Shown: piece by piece, positions 34,316 through 49,300 of the stretch
How positions within the stretch are numbered: the first letter of the stretch is position 1
Layout of the letters: each line of letters starts with the position of its first letter
Source: Azolla caroliniana
Taxonomy: Eukaryota; Plantae; Polypodiophyta
Direction of reading: 5' to 3'
DNA length: 64,000 nt
Assembly: GCA_043228905.1 (NCBI GenBank)
Contig: JBHGNT010000010.1
Span: 11,408,001 to 11,472,000 of the forward strand
Notes under the pieces: generated by a model
What the model was told of the DNA's origin: nothing
What the model saw: the letters and a program-made list of their open reading frames with translations, nothing else
Databases searched by the model: none
Program-made: the position numbers and the translations under genes

Positions 34316-37300
34316 TCATCTTTTTCTTCTCTTCTTATTTTCAGGTTCTGATTCTGATTCTGATTCTGACTCCGAGCTGCTGCTCTCGGAATCAGTAGAA
34401 TCACCACTATCCGAACCACTACTGCTGGTGTCACTCTCTTCAGATGACTCATCAGAGTCTGATTCACTTTCAATTTGTCGCTGTTGCTGCATAATCAGCC
34501 TCGGCATGTTCTTCAAATATTCACGCAAGCTGTCTGTGATACCTCCCAACCCAATAGATGTGAAGAAGTTGATGGCAAATCGAGTGTTCTTTGGGTTGTC
34601 TTTAGGAAATATGCCTTCAAATGAGTCTTGCATAATAGGATCATTCAGCTTCTCATTCAGTTTCCGTAGCCCTAGATGCTCGGATAGCTCCTGCAGAATA
34701 TATAAACATATAAGTCCAGATGAGTTAAGCTCATATAGGGAAGGCAAGAAATCATATAAAACAAGTGAATTAACCATGTATATATGCCTGCATTTAAGGA
34801 TCCATTCTTACATCACTAACGCAGTAATTTCAATGTTCAGATGTGAGGATTCAGAGAAGTTTTCCCTGCTTATCTAATGATAAAGCAAAATGTGGCATTG
34901 ATCCCTCGAAAAGGTGATAAGCTTCTTCTCAGAAAATGCATTATTAGTGTGGTTTCTCCTACAATCACCTAATGCCCAGCATAGCAAATAATATAAAACT
35001 ATCAAACCTGGAAAAGAATCTTGATGAAAATACGTGATGAGGAGGTGGTATCTTCTTCAGTGAGTCGTATATATCCGAGAACATTCCAGGGCAGTGCATC
35101 CGTCCCCAATAAATGGGCAAAGAACTTGGCCACATTACGCAATTTATTAGTCTCGAGTCGATGTATCATTGAATATTGCTTTACAAAACACTCATCAAAG
35201 TTCTCTTGATAAATCTTGTTGATCATGCAAAATCTTTGGCCAAGGAGGCCATAATAACGTAGGTATGTCCTCTCTTGACTGCAACACTCGAGAAGCATTA
35301 TATTCAGCTCCATCTATGCAAATATGAACTATATTAGAAACGTATTGCCATAGACTAGAATAAAAAACATGAATACTTCAAAATATCCTAACCTCTTGTC
35401 CAGGTTCGAGCTTTATCTTCAATAACTTGTGACCTGCTTCTTCAAAATCTACACTTGACATGATGGTCAGATATATTGTTCTTCGCAGATTGACCAAATT
35501 TGTTTCCGTTTCATCTTTTATTTGCATCCTCTCAGCTTCTTCCTCATCATCCTCGTCACTTTCATCACTATCATCAGAACCACCAGAACTTTCTTCACCA
35601 TCATCAACTTCTTCTCCCAGAATATCTTTCTTTATTTTCTCATACTGTTTCTCATTCTCCAGAAAATCCTTGTCTGGCCTGAAAATATCTGAAATGGAAA
35701 CATGATCAAATTAGTTTCTGAAGTCAGCATAGTGCAAAATTAATGTTTGAAAATAAAAGGAAATTAATATTCAAAGATGACACTAGTTTTAATCATTGTC
35801 CGAAAGAAAACTAAGTAACAATTAGCTTTGACGACACTAATGCTAGAGTGCATCAGTGGTAGCACATGCCAAATTTGAGTGAAGATGCAAAGAAGTACAT
35901 GGAGCTCTGAGATATGTTTAGCAAAGTAAGTATGGCATATGATCTTAAGAGTGCATAACATGGGCTCAATGTATTTAATACCAACATGAGAAAAAGTATA
36001 GAAATAAGATAGTATGTATACCAAGATTTGTTTCTGGATCTAGATCGTCAGATAAGGAGATCTCATGAGTAAATTGATCTTCTTGATCCACAAGGTCTAA
36101 CTCTGGCAAAACAGCTTGATGTCCCTGTACAAACAGTTTTTCTTGAAACGATATAATTCCATTTTAAAACTTGATTAAATATGTTTATCGTTATATGGCT
36201 GTCACTCGATACACTTCTCGGCACCATAATATGACAACATAAATGTATTTGTATCGACTGTATAAAATGATCAATGTCAAGGTTTAAATTTTAAACAAGT
36301 TCCTTTGATTGTTGCTAAAGGAATGGTTTGAGAAGCAAATATTGAACTTGAGGGCTAGAAATGTAATTTTCCTTTTTTTGATGACGAATGCAGACCAATC
36401 CTATGGACTCAATACTAAAATGCCTAAAAGCACATTACCTTTCAGATAGTGAGATGTGTCACACTACAGATACATCTTGGCATATTACATGATACATAAA
36501 TATTGATGTTTACACCCATACACATAATAGATGGGTAATGCATATATATGCACCATGCTTCTTGTTCCTGTTCCCATTCTAAGATGCATCAAACCCAATA
36601 TGCCCTTAGGCATGTGAGGCAGCTACCCAACTAATCAATATCCCAGGAATACCATATCCAACATATAATATAGTTATGAACTTCATGAAGCACATTGCAA
36701 AAACATTTCCTATCTATAGTTTGACCTGTTAATTCTCAACTGTTTCCTATGCATTTGTATTTTTAATGAGTTTTAGAAAATATTTAAATTGAATTATATC
36801 ACCCACTGCTTTGTGCATAATTCATTGTAAAACAGAGATAAATTACTCAAATAATATGCATGATGACATAAAGAGATCATTAATGATGGGCATTGATCTA
36901 TACTTGTCCGAAAACAGCATGTCCAAACAAAAAACAAAAAACACAACTTTGAAAAGTCTAGAGTAATAATAAACTCTTCATCCAGAAGCTCATGATGTCA
37001 TACCTGAAATTGTGCCTTTCTAATTGCAAAGAGACCTTCTATCATGAATTGAACTCGCTTATCAATTTCTCCCTCATGAAGAATGCCCCTGAATCTTTCA
37101 AAAATTCCTGCAAAAGGAACCATCAAAATATGTAAGAATCACCAAGTACTGCAGTAGATTCATCAACATCAAGCTAGAAAATAATTGATTTTGTATAACA
37201 AGATGGATCAGCAGTAAATGAGCATTTGTTTCTAGGAAATTGTAGTTTGGAATATAGTCAGGGCACAAAAAACTTTGTGTGTTGTTTCTACCGTTATGAG

Positions 37301-39527
37301 GAATTCAAACATTATGTATGCTCAGGAATATAATTGCATTATTTGCATACAGAACATCATTACTTCATTCTATTCTTCTCAGGTTTATTGCTCTCATTCA
37401 AGAGATAAGATTATCTACACTCTGTATGGAAGGCATGCCCAAAATATCTGAATGTTTCAGGTTGCATGAACGTACACTCTTGCAACGGAATGCCCTCGAA
37501 ACCTTTGGGAATAAGCCTGATAAGCATAAAATTTAGGAGATTGGGATGTGATAAGCATATATATCACTCCATAAAGAATAGAGCAGAATATCCTTCACCA
37601 AAAGGAATTAATCTCATCCAGATCTGGAAAAAAGTATACCAATTATGACTACAAGAACAATGCTGAGATAAGAAATCAAGCTTCAGTTGCATCCAACTTT
37701 TTAAATTAATAGAAGTGAAGTATCAATATTTTTGACGGTATCTTTCACATAGGAGAATTTGCTTAAAGTAGAGTAACATACAGAAGTAAGGGACTTCGAG
37801 CTCACCGTGCAATCCTTGGGGAGCAAGATCCTGAAGAATAGCACCGCATTCTTTGACGAAGCCTACAGCAACCTAAGTATGGGAAAATATATCACTTTCT
37901 AGAAACATGTACTAAGAGGGAAGAAAACACAAAAAATAGTATCTAAGAGTACTTACCTCTACACTGTCATCAGTTGGATTTTCTAACAAGACCATCAATA
38001 CCTCTAATGCCACAACTTCATGTGCCACTTGCTGGTTGACAAGGTGGGCAACAAACTTAGCTGCTGCTAACAGCAAAGGCTATAAACAAAATATACAAAG
38101 GATAACATTAGAGTGCCTAGATAGCATAAATAAGGTATTTATAAAAATATTAGCCATCTGAAAGAAGTATACATCCTTGCCATCGAAAATCAAACCTTGT
38201 CATTTCTCTTGAGAGCCCTCCGAAACTGCAAAATAATTCTTTTGAGAAGGAGCTCACCAAGCTCTGGAAACTTAGTATTAACCACGGCAACTAAAGCAGC
38301 AAATACATGGGTAAAAGATGGTGAAGCCATCTGAGACTTCATACATGATCGAGCAAAAAGGCCACGGCCACGGATAAGGTTCTCTGAAAAAAGCTCAGGA
38401 ATGATATTCTTGATATTTGAAGCATTCACTTTGTTGACAAGCCCATTTATACTCTTCCTCAATGCATCCCATGTGATACGTTGGTATTCTACACTGCTCT
38501 TATCTTGAATGTCTTTCATCATCTGTGCTAGTTTGAAGGGGGGGATGTACACACCTCCACTTCGACCTTGGGGTTTCTCAACAATATTAGCATCATTTGT
38601 CCCTCCTACATGCTCTTTTTCTACAATCAATGGCTCATCCTTCTTCGATTTTGATCGCCACTGGCTTCCATCACCATTCTGCTCTCCTTTTTCTCTAAGA
38701 GTTCGGTCACGATTCCCATTATCTGTTGCTCTCTCTTCTCTTCGGATTTTAGGATGATGGCGACTCCCTCTCCCATTATGCTCATCTTCATCATCATCAT
38801 CATCATCATCCGACATCTTTCCTTTATCCCTTACTTTGTTTCTTCTATGTCGATGCCTTGCATCTCGCTCCCCGTCATCGTCGTCATCACTAATATCTCT
38901 CTCTACTTTCCTGTTTGATCTCTGTCTATTTCTTCCATCACGTGCATCATCATCATCCACCTCTCGCTCTGCTTTCGTGTTTGATCTGTACCGATTTCTT
39001 CCATCATGTTCATCTTCATCACCATCATCCATCTTTCTCTCTGACTTCCTGCTCGAACTATGTCTTCTATGCCCTCCTTCATGTTCGTCGACATCATCAT
39101 CATCCACCACTCTCTTCCCTTTTGTGCTCGATCTATGATTATGTCTTCTTCCATCACGTTCCTTCTCTTTCTCTTTCTCTCTCTCCTTCTCTTTCTTTTT
39201 ATCCTCTTCACTATCATCCTTCACCGTCTTCCTCTCCTTGCTTCTCCCCCCTTCCCTATCACTTCTATACCTATCTCCTTCGTATCTCCCAGGTGAACTT
39301 CGGTGGCTATGGAGATGGTCTGAGGACCTGTGCGTACCTGGGTGAGACGCTCGGTTCTCCTCTTCTTCTGAGAAGGAACCATCGTCTGAAGCTTCAGAGC
39401 TCCTGCTCCTGTTTCTACTTCTGTTACGGTCAGAGTGTTTGAGCTTCCCGTCTCGGTCTCTGTCTTTGTCTCGGACTCTAAGAGAATCGCTGTCAGGAGA
39501 CCAAGGGCTTCTTCTGCCACTGCCCAT
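34316..39527 (-). CDS. CWC22: Pre-mRNA splicing factor CWC22 (MIF4G + MA3), 8 exons, 901 aa: complement(join(34316..34690,35008..35313,35393..35688,36022..36124,37004..37107,37806..37872,37957..38079,38196..39527))
   Basis: [92 protein letters not shown]; all introns GT-AG with consistent phase; 2706 nt total. Confidence 0.96.
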
Positions 39528-39543
39528 GGATGCCCACCACCGC

Positions 39544-39710
39544 CCTCTCTCCCTCTCTCTCTCTCTCTCTCTGTCTGTCAGAGACACACAACTCAGTCAC
39601 TAGGGGACGGAGTTCGAATGCCTTCTGATAGCATGTATGTATGTATGTATGTATGTATGTACATACATACATACATACATATATCATATATGTATCATGT
39701 ATGTATGTTT
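39544..39710. repeat. (CT)n and inverted (ATGT)n/(ACAT)n microsatellites upstream of CWC22
   Basis: Direct reading. Confidence 0.9.
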
Positions 39711-40889
39711 GGCTCGTGTCTATTTGCTACCAAATGATAATGAGGGACAATGCAATGAAAGGCATGTTCCCGCCGAGGGCCTGTGTCATCTACAGTATCA
39801 CTTTATCCAAAAAAAGTGTGTGAGTTTTCGATAGCTTGACTCTAATTTTCTTTGTCACTAGTAGCCCGATCATAAGCTATCTAGTGTTGATTTCAGAGAC
39901 CAAAAAAAACCTTGGATTGAAAATTGAATCCATACAAAGGCAGAGATTATGGTTCATTGCAGAATCGAGGATGACCCGACTCGGTAGCCAAATCAACGTT
40001 GCCGACACCCCGATCAGGAGAAATTCCCTCCTTAGAGGATTCAATGATCAAAGAAGTCCTCTATAGTGCACAAGATGCACACACGTGGCGTGGCTACTGG
40101 ACTTTGGTGCAACATTCCACGTAACCCCAAACAACAAATGGTTGTCAAACTATTCGGTCAGCGCCAATGGCACAGTCCAATTAGGCAATGGGTAGAAGTG
40201 TAGAATAGCAGGATTTGGAGAAGTACCAATTCAACTATCAAATGGCAACACAATAATCCTGCACCAAGTCCGACACGCACCCGATCTGGAAAGGAGTTTG
40301 GTTTCCATCAGCTGCTAGCCGAAGACAGGTACCCAACGACTCTAAGTGAGTCGGTATGCATGATCAGCCGGGGAAATCTCATAATTGGGAGGGGACACAA
40401 GTACAACAATATGTATCCATTGATGGCGATCAATCCAGAAGGGGCAGTAAACGTAGCCGAAAGACCGACCGAAACCTATGGCATGGCCGACTTGGCCATA
40501 TGTCTCAAGCCGAACTCGATCGACTGATGGTGGTAAGCTACATCCCGAAACTTCAAGCAAAGATGGACTTCTACGAGCATTGTCGATACGAGAAACAAAC
40601 CTGAAGTTCACACTCTCTCCACTACGAGACGGTACAACAACCCCTAGAGCTCGTGCACATAGATATATGTGGACCCATGCTAGAGCGATCACTAGGAGGC
40701 CCCCGATACTTCATCACATTTGTAGATGACAATACACAAAAGGTTTGGGCCTACTCGATAAGGTCCAAAGACGAAGCGCTCGAGATATTCTCACTAGTAG
40801 TCAAGATGACCACCCTCCGACTCCTACTTGAACAGATGGACATAAAGACGACATTTCTACACAAAGATCTGGAAGAAGACATTTACAAG

Positions 40890-41268
40890 TGTAAAGAATC
40901 AAGAGATGGATTCTTGTGAAGCGGAATAGGTGTGAACTGTGTGTGTGTGTGAGAGAGAGAGAGAGAGTGAGAGAGACAAGGAATATGCAAGGTAAAAGTA
41001 TATTGACAAAGGAGAAAGACTCAACATATTACAAGGTGGGAGGAGGGTGCTTTATGTAGTCACCCTCTCTCTTCATTCACTACAAGCCTCATGGAGCATG
41101 GGGAATGTGAAAGCTCATAAGTTATGTGTCATAGAATATGATTCTATGACTCATACTAAATGCTAGAATACAAAGTGGTGACATAATGGTGACTCTTGAC
41201 CGTTGGAGTGTCTCTTCACTCTCAAGGTGAGTTCACACACTAGACCAAGTTGAGCTTGATTCTCAACA
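40890..41268 (-). repeat. Solo LTR (379 bp), copia-like
   Basis: TG..CA; flanks ACAAG/ACATG (one mismatch); removal restores IYMSQP; terminus resembles that of LTR 25544-25980. Confidence 0.82.
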
Positions 41269-42065
41269 ACATGTCTCAACCAGCAGGCTTCACAACAGCA
41301 GGGGAGGAAAGTCACCTCGTATGTCGACGGAAGAAAAGCCTCTATGGATTGAAACAAGCATCGAGGATGTGGTATTAGAAGTTCGACTCCTACATTAAAC
41401 AACTTGGATACCGTCGATCAAACTCTGACCCATGTATGTACATTCAACAATTGGCCAACGAGTCTAGGATTTATCTGATCCTATATGTCAACGACATGTT
41501 GATTGCAGGTAGCAATCAAACGGAAATAAGGAAGCTAAAGCAGAATCTTCACGACAAGTTCGCAATGAAGGAACTCGAACAAGCCCGACACATACTGGGA
41601 ATGAGGATCGAGTGAAATCGGACGACAAAAACTCTCTGACTCCCCCAATCTGACTATATCAGGTAGGTGTTGAATCGCTTCAACATGGAGAATGCGAAGC
41701 CAACATCAACACCGCTTCCGACATCGATCCGACTATCGGACAAAGACTCTCCTTCAAGGATAAGGAGAAAGAGCTTAATGGAAAGACAACCAACGCATCG
41801 GCAATAGGAAGTATCATGTACGTGATGGTGGTGATTGGACCCAACCTTGTATATGGCGTAGGGGTCATCAGCCGGTACATGTCAAACCCAGGGCGAAAGT
41901 ATTGGGAGGCCGTCAAGCACATCTTCAAGTACCTAAGAGGGACCGAGGTGTCGAAGACACTGGAGTTGAACGGACTGGCCGAAAGGATAAATTGGACTAT
42001 GATGGAGAGAGTTTGGAGCATGTTGGCACATGCTATGTTGCCCAAGATGTTTTGGGATGAGGCAC

Positions 42066-43862
42066 TGTCGTGAGGATCCGTCACTACGTGCGAATCGTGA
42101 GGCGGAACTACCGGGGTTCTGGATCGGAAGGACTCGAAGTTTGCACTAGCTTTAGCGAGAAAGGAATTAAGATAGATTGAAAGAGAGAGAGATTGAGATA
42201 AGATAGAACGCTTGACTTTAGATTGAGAGAGATTAAGATTGAACTCTTGACTTTAGATTTGAAGAACAAGATTGATACATCAATTGGATAACAAATTTCT
42301 TACTTTTAATTTCTTGATTAATACATCGCCTAATGGGATAACGAATTTTCTTACTTTTTAATTTCTTGATTAATACATAGCTCCCGTTTTTCTTCTTCAT
42401 CCACTCTTTTATAGACGCCCCCATGCATATGATGCATGTGAGGGTACAAGACATACATGCAATGCATGTTTGCCATTTGGCGCTCATGCATTACATGTGA
42501 TGCATGATAACCATGTCACTCAATCAAGCTCTAATATGAGAATTTACATGTAAAAGTATAATGATAGAAAAAACATTTCTAAGGAAATGATTAAGCCTAG
42601 TGATAAGTCTATGTTGGGATTTCGGTCCCTCCGGATGGGATGTCCGGAGATGAATGACGGCAAGCCCGGTTGCGGTTACGGAGCCGGATGATGAAGACCC
42701 CGGTTACGGAACCAGATGATGAAGACCCCGGTTACGGAGCCGGATGATGAAGACCCCGGTTACGGAACCGGATGATGAAGACCCCGGTTACGGAACCGGA
42801 TGATGAATGTACCCGGAGAGAGATCCGGATGCGGAGACATATTTGTGAATATGTTTGCCAAGAGCCCTTGAGGCTATATTTGTAAATAGCCCGAAAGTCA
42901 TATGTGTATAAATATGACTTAGGGCAAACAGTTTTATGTTGTTGCTCATTTTTCATGAGAAGCGAGAGCAGCCGAGAGAGAGAGTGAGAGACGAAGAGGT
43001 CGTTGCCTCTGTGTATTACCGCCGCCTGTGGCGAAGACAGTGAGCTCAAGGTTGTTGCCTTGTAGCTTCACCAGTGTACATCCCTGTTCATAGTGATAGT
43101 TGGAGTTTGAGGACTCCCGTGGTTTTTTCCCATTTAGGGTTTTCCACGTAAAACATCCAGTGTACCTTTCTCTCTATTGTTTAGTGCATTTTCTATTTCC
43201 TGTTTTCTGTGAGTTGATCCCATTCCTCGGTTGTGGCCGAGCACTGTTTTTCATCAGTCTATTGCCTCCTATCTTGGAGGTGCAAGGTTGAAGCCTTGCT
43301 TACATCCCTTTGATTACAAATTTCTAATAGGTTTTTTAGTCTAGATAATTTTGTTCGTTTCACACCGAAATCGTCGCGATAAACCTATCCAATCGATCTG
43401 TCTATCCGTTCTGGTTCTGGTTCTGGTTCCGATGTCGGTTTCGGTTCCGTTGTTGTCCGATTCCGGTTCCGGTTCCGCCAAAACTATTACGAGTAGTTAA
43501 GCCATAGTTTAGCCCAAGAACATTCTATGCTCCACTCATAGACAAAAAGTAATAAGTTTTGGCTCTACTTATATACTATGGGATCCTAATTTGTCCTATC
43601 TATGTGGGATATCTCATAGTTTTGTTTTTCTCTTCTTTTTCTCAAACTTCACATTCGCATAACTTGACATTTATTTGTTCGTTTCAAATGTAGTAAAGTA
43701 CATTCAGAAGCTCTTGAAGACCTCCATCTTCCCGTACCAAGATATTAAGCTAATCTAAAATAGTATCTTCACTATCATTGTTTCATGTCTTGTGTGAAGA
43801 ACCACACTCGATTTTGGACATTCTTCGCAAATTTCACACCATTGGCGAAAATCTTCACGACA
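42066..43862 (-). repeat. Solo LTR of the TGTCGT..ACGACA family (related to 4595-5452), interrupted by another solo LTR
   Basis: Termini TGTCGTG and CACGACA; removal restores copia INT WDEAL|MTTTYVINKSP; flanks GCAC/ACGC (degraded 4-bp TSD). Confidence 0.78.
42612..43256 (+). repeat. Solo LTR (645 bp) with five 28-bp tandem repeats at 42673-42808
   Basis: TGTTGGG..CATCA with perfect TSD GTCTA (42607-42611, 43257-43261); related to 49544-50085. Confidence 0.9.
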
Positions 43863-46029
43863 ACGCTGATGACGACAACCTATGTGATAAACAAATCACC
43901 CTCAGTGCCCTTGGACGGAGACACACCACAAAGAGTATGGACTAGTAAAGACACGTCTTACTGACATCTGAAGGTGTTCAGTTGTCTCGCTTATGTGCTT
44001 GGTTCAAAGGGCAAGAGATCGAAATTGGATCCGAAGTCCCGACCATGCATATTCCTTGGGTACGACGATGATGAGTTTGGCTATTGAGTGTGAGACTTGG
44101 TTGAGAAGAAGGTTTTCTGTAGTCGAGACAAAGTCATCATGGAAGACAAGACCATTCTCGATTGGGAGTTGGAGAAGAAGGCAACGGACTCCGGGTCGAC
44201 CGAGAGAGATTGATCGAAAGATACAAGGACCCATCTGACCGGAAGCCGGAGGACACTAGAAGAACAGGTTGGAGTCGGACAAGAAACTGAACCAACCGAA
44301 GAAGAATTGGACACCGGAAGCAAACAAAACCCTGAATCGGATTCAGATGAAGAATAGACGGTGGAACCGGTGGTGGAAAACCAAGGACGAAGATATCCTC
44401 TAAGAGAGAGAAGGCCCCCTCCGGATATTTCCAGATGCAGAGCATGTCTTACTAACAGATGAAGGGAAGCCAAAAAGCTTCGAAGAAGCAAAGAAAGACA
44501 CCCACAACCATAAGTGGTTAACTGCAATGCAGGATGAGATAGATTCCCTGCATGAGAACCACACATACAAATTGATGGAGTTGCCGAAAAGGAAGAGAGC
44601 CCTCCAGAACAAGTGGGTGTACAAGTTAAAACTGGGAGATGTCGGAAATCTACCAAGATTCAAAGCTTAGATCGTGGTGAAGGGGTTTCAACAGAAGAAA
44701 GGAGTGGATTTCGATGAAATCTTTGCCCCGGTAGTGAAGATGACATCCATCCAGATTGCATTGAGCATTGCGGCAAGCCTGGACCTTGAGGTTGAGTAGC
44801 TAGACGTCAAGACGGTGTTCCTACACGATGACCTCGAAGAAGAGATCTACATGCAACAACCGGAGGGATTTGTCAAGAAAGGGAAGGAGCACCTGGTGTG
44901 TTGGTTGAAGAAGAGCTAATACAGATTGAAGCAAGCTCCTTGGCAATGGTACCAGAGGTTCAACTCCTTCATGATCGACCAAGCATACCACAAGACACAG
45001 GCCTAACACTGTGTGTTCATGAAGAAATTTGACGGAGTTGACTTCCTGATACTCCTGCTGTATGTGGATGACATGTTGATCATCAGACTAGACTGAATCA
45101 AAATTGGGAATCTACAGAAGGCCTTGAACCAGACTTTCTCAATGAAAGATTTAGGTCTAGCAAGACAAATACTAGGGATTCACATAATCTAGGACTGGCC
45201 AAAGAAACAGTTGTGACTGCCACAAGAGAAGTACGTGACAAAGGTGCTTAACAGGTTTAACATGTCGGATGCGAAGCCAGTCGGGTTGACACTTCTGGTA
45301 AATTGCAAGTTGTCCAGAAAGCAGAGCCCGAAGACAAAGGTAGAGAAGTCGAAAATGATGAAGATATTGTATGCCTCTATAGTCGGAAGCCTCATGTATG
45401 CAATGGTGTGTACACGATCAGATATCGGATATACAGTTAGAGTGGTTAGCCGGTTCATGAGCAATCTGGGAAGAGAGACCTAGGCCGTCGTCAAGTGGAT
45501 TCTTCGGTACTTGAAAGGCCCCATGAGCTTGTGCCTCTGATTCGGCTTAGGTAAACCCCAACTTGAAGGATTCACCAACTCAGACATGCCGACTGATGCA
45601 GATACCAGCTGGTCTACGTCCGGATATGCCATGACATATGTAGAGGGAGTTGTATCGTGGTAGTCGAGGCTGTAGAAGTCCATTGCATCGTCGACAACGG
45701 AAGCAGAGTACATGGTAGTTGTGGAAACCATAAGGGAATTAATCTGGATGAGGGACTTCATTGGAGAGTTGGGGATCTAAAAGGAGGAATATCGTCTCTA
45801 CTACGACAGTCAAAGCGTCATCCACCTTGCAAAGAACGCAACCTACCACTCCAGGACGAAGCACATCCAGCGAAGATATCACTGACTTCGGGAGAAGGTA
45901 AAAGACCAAGACTTCACTCTGGTGAAGATCCACATAGAGGAGAACGGGTCGGATATGTTGACCAAAGTGTTGTCAGCCAGCAAGCTAAATGCATGTTGGA
46001 GACGGATCGGATTGACGAAGACCCCATAT

Positions 46030-46326
46030 TGTGAAGTCAGTCTTTGTTCATAAGAAAAGACTGTTGCAAACATGTTGGATGCTAAGAGGTCTAATAATAA
46101 ATAACAATATGAAAGGAACTTGAAGGGATATAAAGTTAGAGGCATTTTTCAAAAGTAGAAAAAGCAAGAAAAAAAAACGCACAAAAAGCAAAGCAGAGAA
46201 AAAGCTCATAACTTCTTCACCTCATGTCAAAATTTCAAAAGAAAAGATTCATAAGAAACTTGACAAAGAGAGCTTTCTTGTATGACAAATTTGGGATAAC
46301 AAAGTAGAAATAGTGATATAAACAAA
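46030..46326 (+). repeat. 5' fragment of an LTR related to 58520-59267
   Basis: Starts TGTGAA; shares TCATAACT..AGAAA.TTG..AA.GAGCTTTC with 58704-58780. Confidence 0.6.
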
Positions 46327-49300
46327 TGTTGTTGGCCGAAGAAGAGTACGATTCAAAGGCCGGAGAATAATAGATCATTTAATAGATAATTATAGAGGAA
46401 ATGTATTAGGAAGTGATAGATCCAGATAGTTGTACCGATCCGGATTCACACCGTTTTGTACCCTTACCGGATGCCTATATAAAGGATCTGGATTGATTGT
46501 ATATAGGGTGGAAGTAATGCAAGTTAATTTATGAATTGTCTATCTTGTGTACTTGCTTTCTGTGGTTATATTTCTCTTAATATTACGTGTGTAATTCATT
46601 GTCAGATATGATATATGTATTCTGGAAAGTAACAAGATATGTGTATGCGTGAGAGACGGTAATCCATATCTCCGACCATACCTTTCGAAGTGTATTCTAG
46701 AAAGGGATACCTTGTGCTTGCGGCTAAGTCCAATCAAGGATCAACACAATTTTGGCGACCACGATTGCTGCATGGAGCAGGAACATCGGAGGATGGAGGT
46801 AGTCTAGATAGATGAACGAATTGGTCACCGAGCGAGCAAGGAGATTAGTCGAATGCTTCGGGAGACGGAAGGCAACAAAGGAAATCTGGCAGGATCGATC
46901 ATTTCCCGGAGAGCTTCGGAGGCTAGTGGAAGAAACAATTCATAGACAGATCCAACACCATTCGGACAACGACAACAATATTATGAGTCTGGTTTACACC
47001 AAATCGCTATTGCAAACCTTCGCAAAAGGGGTTGGGGACTCGGAAGCCTTTTTGGCATTCAAGTCAGGATCGGACAACGACACGGACGATGAGTGAAGCA
47101 CCCATTCTAATTATTGATCTAGTCACGACACTCCAGAAGAGCCGAAGGAGGACATGTTCGAGCAAACCCCAACACCAGGATCAGATACCACGACACCAAC
47201 ACCGCTGTCAGAAGAAGTGATCCTGATGCAACCACCAGAAGAAGAAGTCATTCCGGTGCCAACATCGCCGGCAGAGGACGTTATCCGGATGCAACCATCG
47301 GAAGAAGAAGTCATAATAGTACCAATACCTCTGGAGCGGACAGAACGGGTTGACGAGCACAATACAATGTTGCTCCCCTATCCGAAGTACAACAATGAAC
47401 TGGACGTTGAGGCGCATATCCGCGCATTTTTAACAACTTGGCAGGCAAATCATGTCTCGGTATGACTTTCGGAGCCGGAGGCAGCAAAGTCTAAAATTGC
47501 GGAATTTGGGCTACCCCTAGACGGACAGGTTGCGGCATGGTTCTCACAGCATAACCCATTCCAGGACCTGTGGGACAAGTGTCTGCGGCTATTTCACCAA
47601 CAGATTGCCCAAAGGGAATTAATCGGAAGATTTTACGCCACCTATCAAGAGGCGCATGAAACAGTACCGCAATTTATTATCAGATTTCAAAATCTTCACT
47701 AACAGTTGACGCGGGCACCCTCGGAGGATGAGGTCAAAGAAATATTTCTCACGGCTCTACGAGAGCCACTTCGAACCACTTTGACAGTTTTGGATTTTCG
47801 GACAAGTACAATCGATCAAGTAATTGATTGGGTGCTTGACATGGATCAGGCCCAGATTGGTAATCACATGGTGATGGGATCTTTACAACAAGCACTGCCC
47901 AAGGAGGAGGACCTCCGGTTCCGAAAAGAAATACAATGTACAACGTGCCTCAATTCGGGACATTCAAGTTTAGAATGTACAATGCGAACGCATTGTGCAC
48001 TATGCCACTCACGGGCACATACCATCGAACGATGCGAATATAACCTACTAAATCAGAAAGTAACGTCAGTAAGGAAGATAGAGCCCCAAGAAGAATGGCG
48101 ACCAGAAGAAGATCAGTTCTAGTGAGAAGACCGAATATGAACCAGAAGGACGATTCTTGCATGACGACGTCCGAAGAAGGGATGAGTACCCAAGGGACCG
48201 ATATGATAGAGACTACTCTCTAGAATATGACCGGAGGAGGGGAGCGAAATGGAGGTACTGAAACAGGAAAGGGTACCATAACCAACGCCGCAATTAGAAC
48301 CACCAACGTGGTAATTACAATCGGAGAAATGAGCACCGGGACATGGAACAAGAGTACCAATGTGGGTTGGACACAAACAATGTAGTAGCGCATCCAGAGC
48401 AACGAAGAATAGAAGGAATCAATCGGATGGCTCCCGGTATACAATCAATAGGCAGAGATAAAAGGCGAATCGAGCGGGGCCCAGAAATTATATTGCTATT
48501 ATTGTTGACAAGAAGGGAACTACAACAACTAGTGCCTGATCAAGGTTAAGGAAAACAATCGGCGGTAAATATGGTCATAGCCGAAGTCACCGATGTACAA
48601 CAAGTCACGACCCGGTCGAAGGGGAAAACCACAAAATGGGAGGCACAAGAAGTGGTCTGGAAGGCAACCATGGTGTGGGTGGAAAAGGCTAATTAACGAA
48701 ATATCGACAATATGCAGCAAGAACAGGCCAAGCAGATACCGAAACTCTAGTCGAACGAAGAAACTGGCATGGCAGGCGTTAATGTAGTGCCAAATTATGT
48801 TACCGTTAGGTCGATTTTTGGAATTAGTTCCCTGATTCATCGAAGGCCTGAAATCAACACTAGCGCCACCAAAACTAGCAACGGCACCGACATATTTTAC
48901 AGACCCAAGTGAAGGTCCGGTTGTGGTCGACGAGAACAATACGAGAATGACAATAATCATTAAGGGAAAAGAGGTACCCAGAACAATCATTGACAGAGGA
49001 TCTGAAGTGAACATGATTAGCAGAAGGACGTGCAATACATTGGGCATTCGGGAATGGGAACCGTTCCCATTCTAGTTGCGAATGGCTGACACAAGCTCAG
49101 TCCGGCCGACCGAACTCATCTGGAATTTGGAGATCACCATCAGAGGACATGCATTTCGGATCTCAGCCGTAGTCTTACAATTGACTGCTCCAAGAGCGTA
49201 CCCTTTACTATTGGGCAAACCCTGGTTAAAGACGACCCACATAAATCAAAACTGGCAGGAAAACGTCATTAGTTTCTGGCACGACAAAACCAAGGTCTGG

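Larger units (their letters stand above)
39950..46025 (+). mobile_element. Old, rearranged Ty1/copia remnant(s) without recognisable own LTRs, carrying nested solo LTRs
   Basis: WLLDFGATFHVTP (PR), LWHGRLGHMS, HIDICGP, IYMSQPAGF, KWVYKLK, LYVDDML, YASIVGSLMYAM, STTEAEY, TKHI; many stops; jump from RT back to INT near 41946. Confidence 0.88.

Noticed and set aside
39528-39587. N-terminal extension [11 protein letters not shown] of CWC22
   Set aside because: It starts at GTG and translates a GA microsatellite; ATG 39527 is the plausible start.
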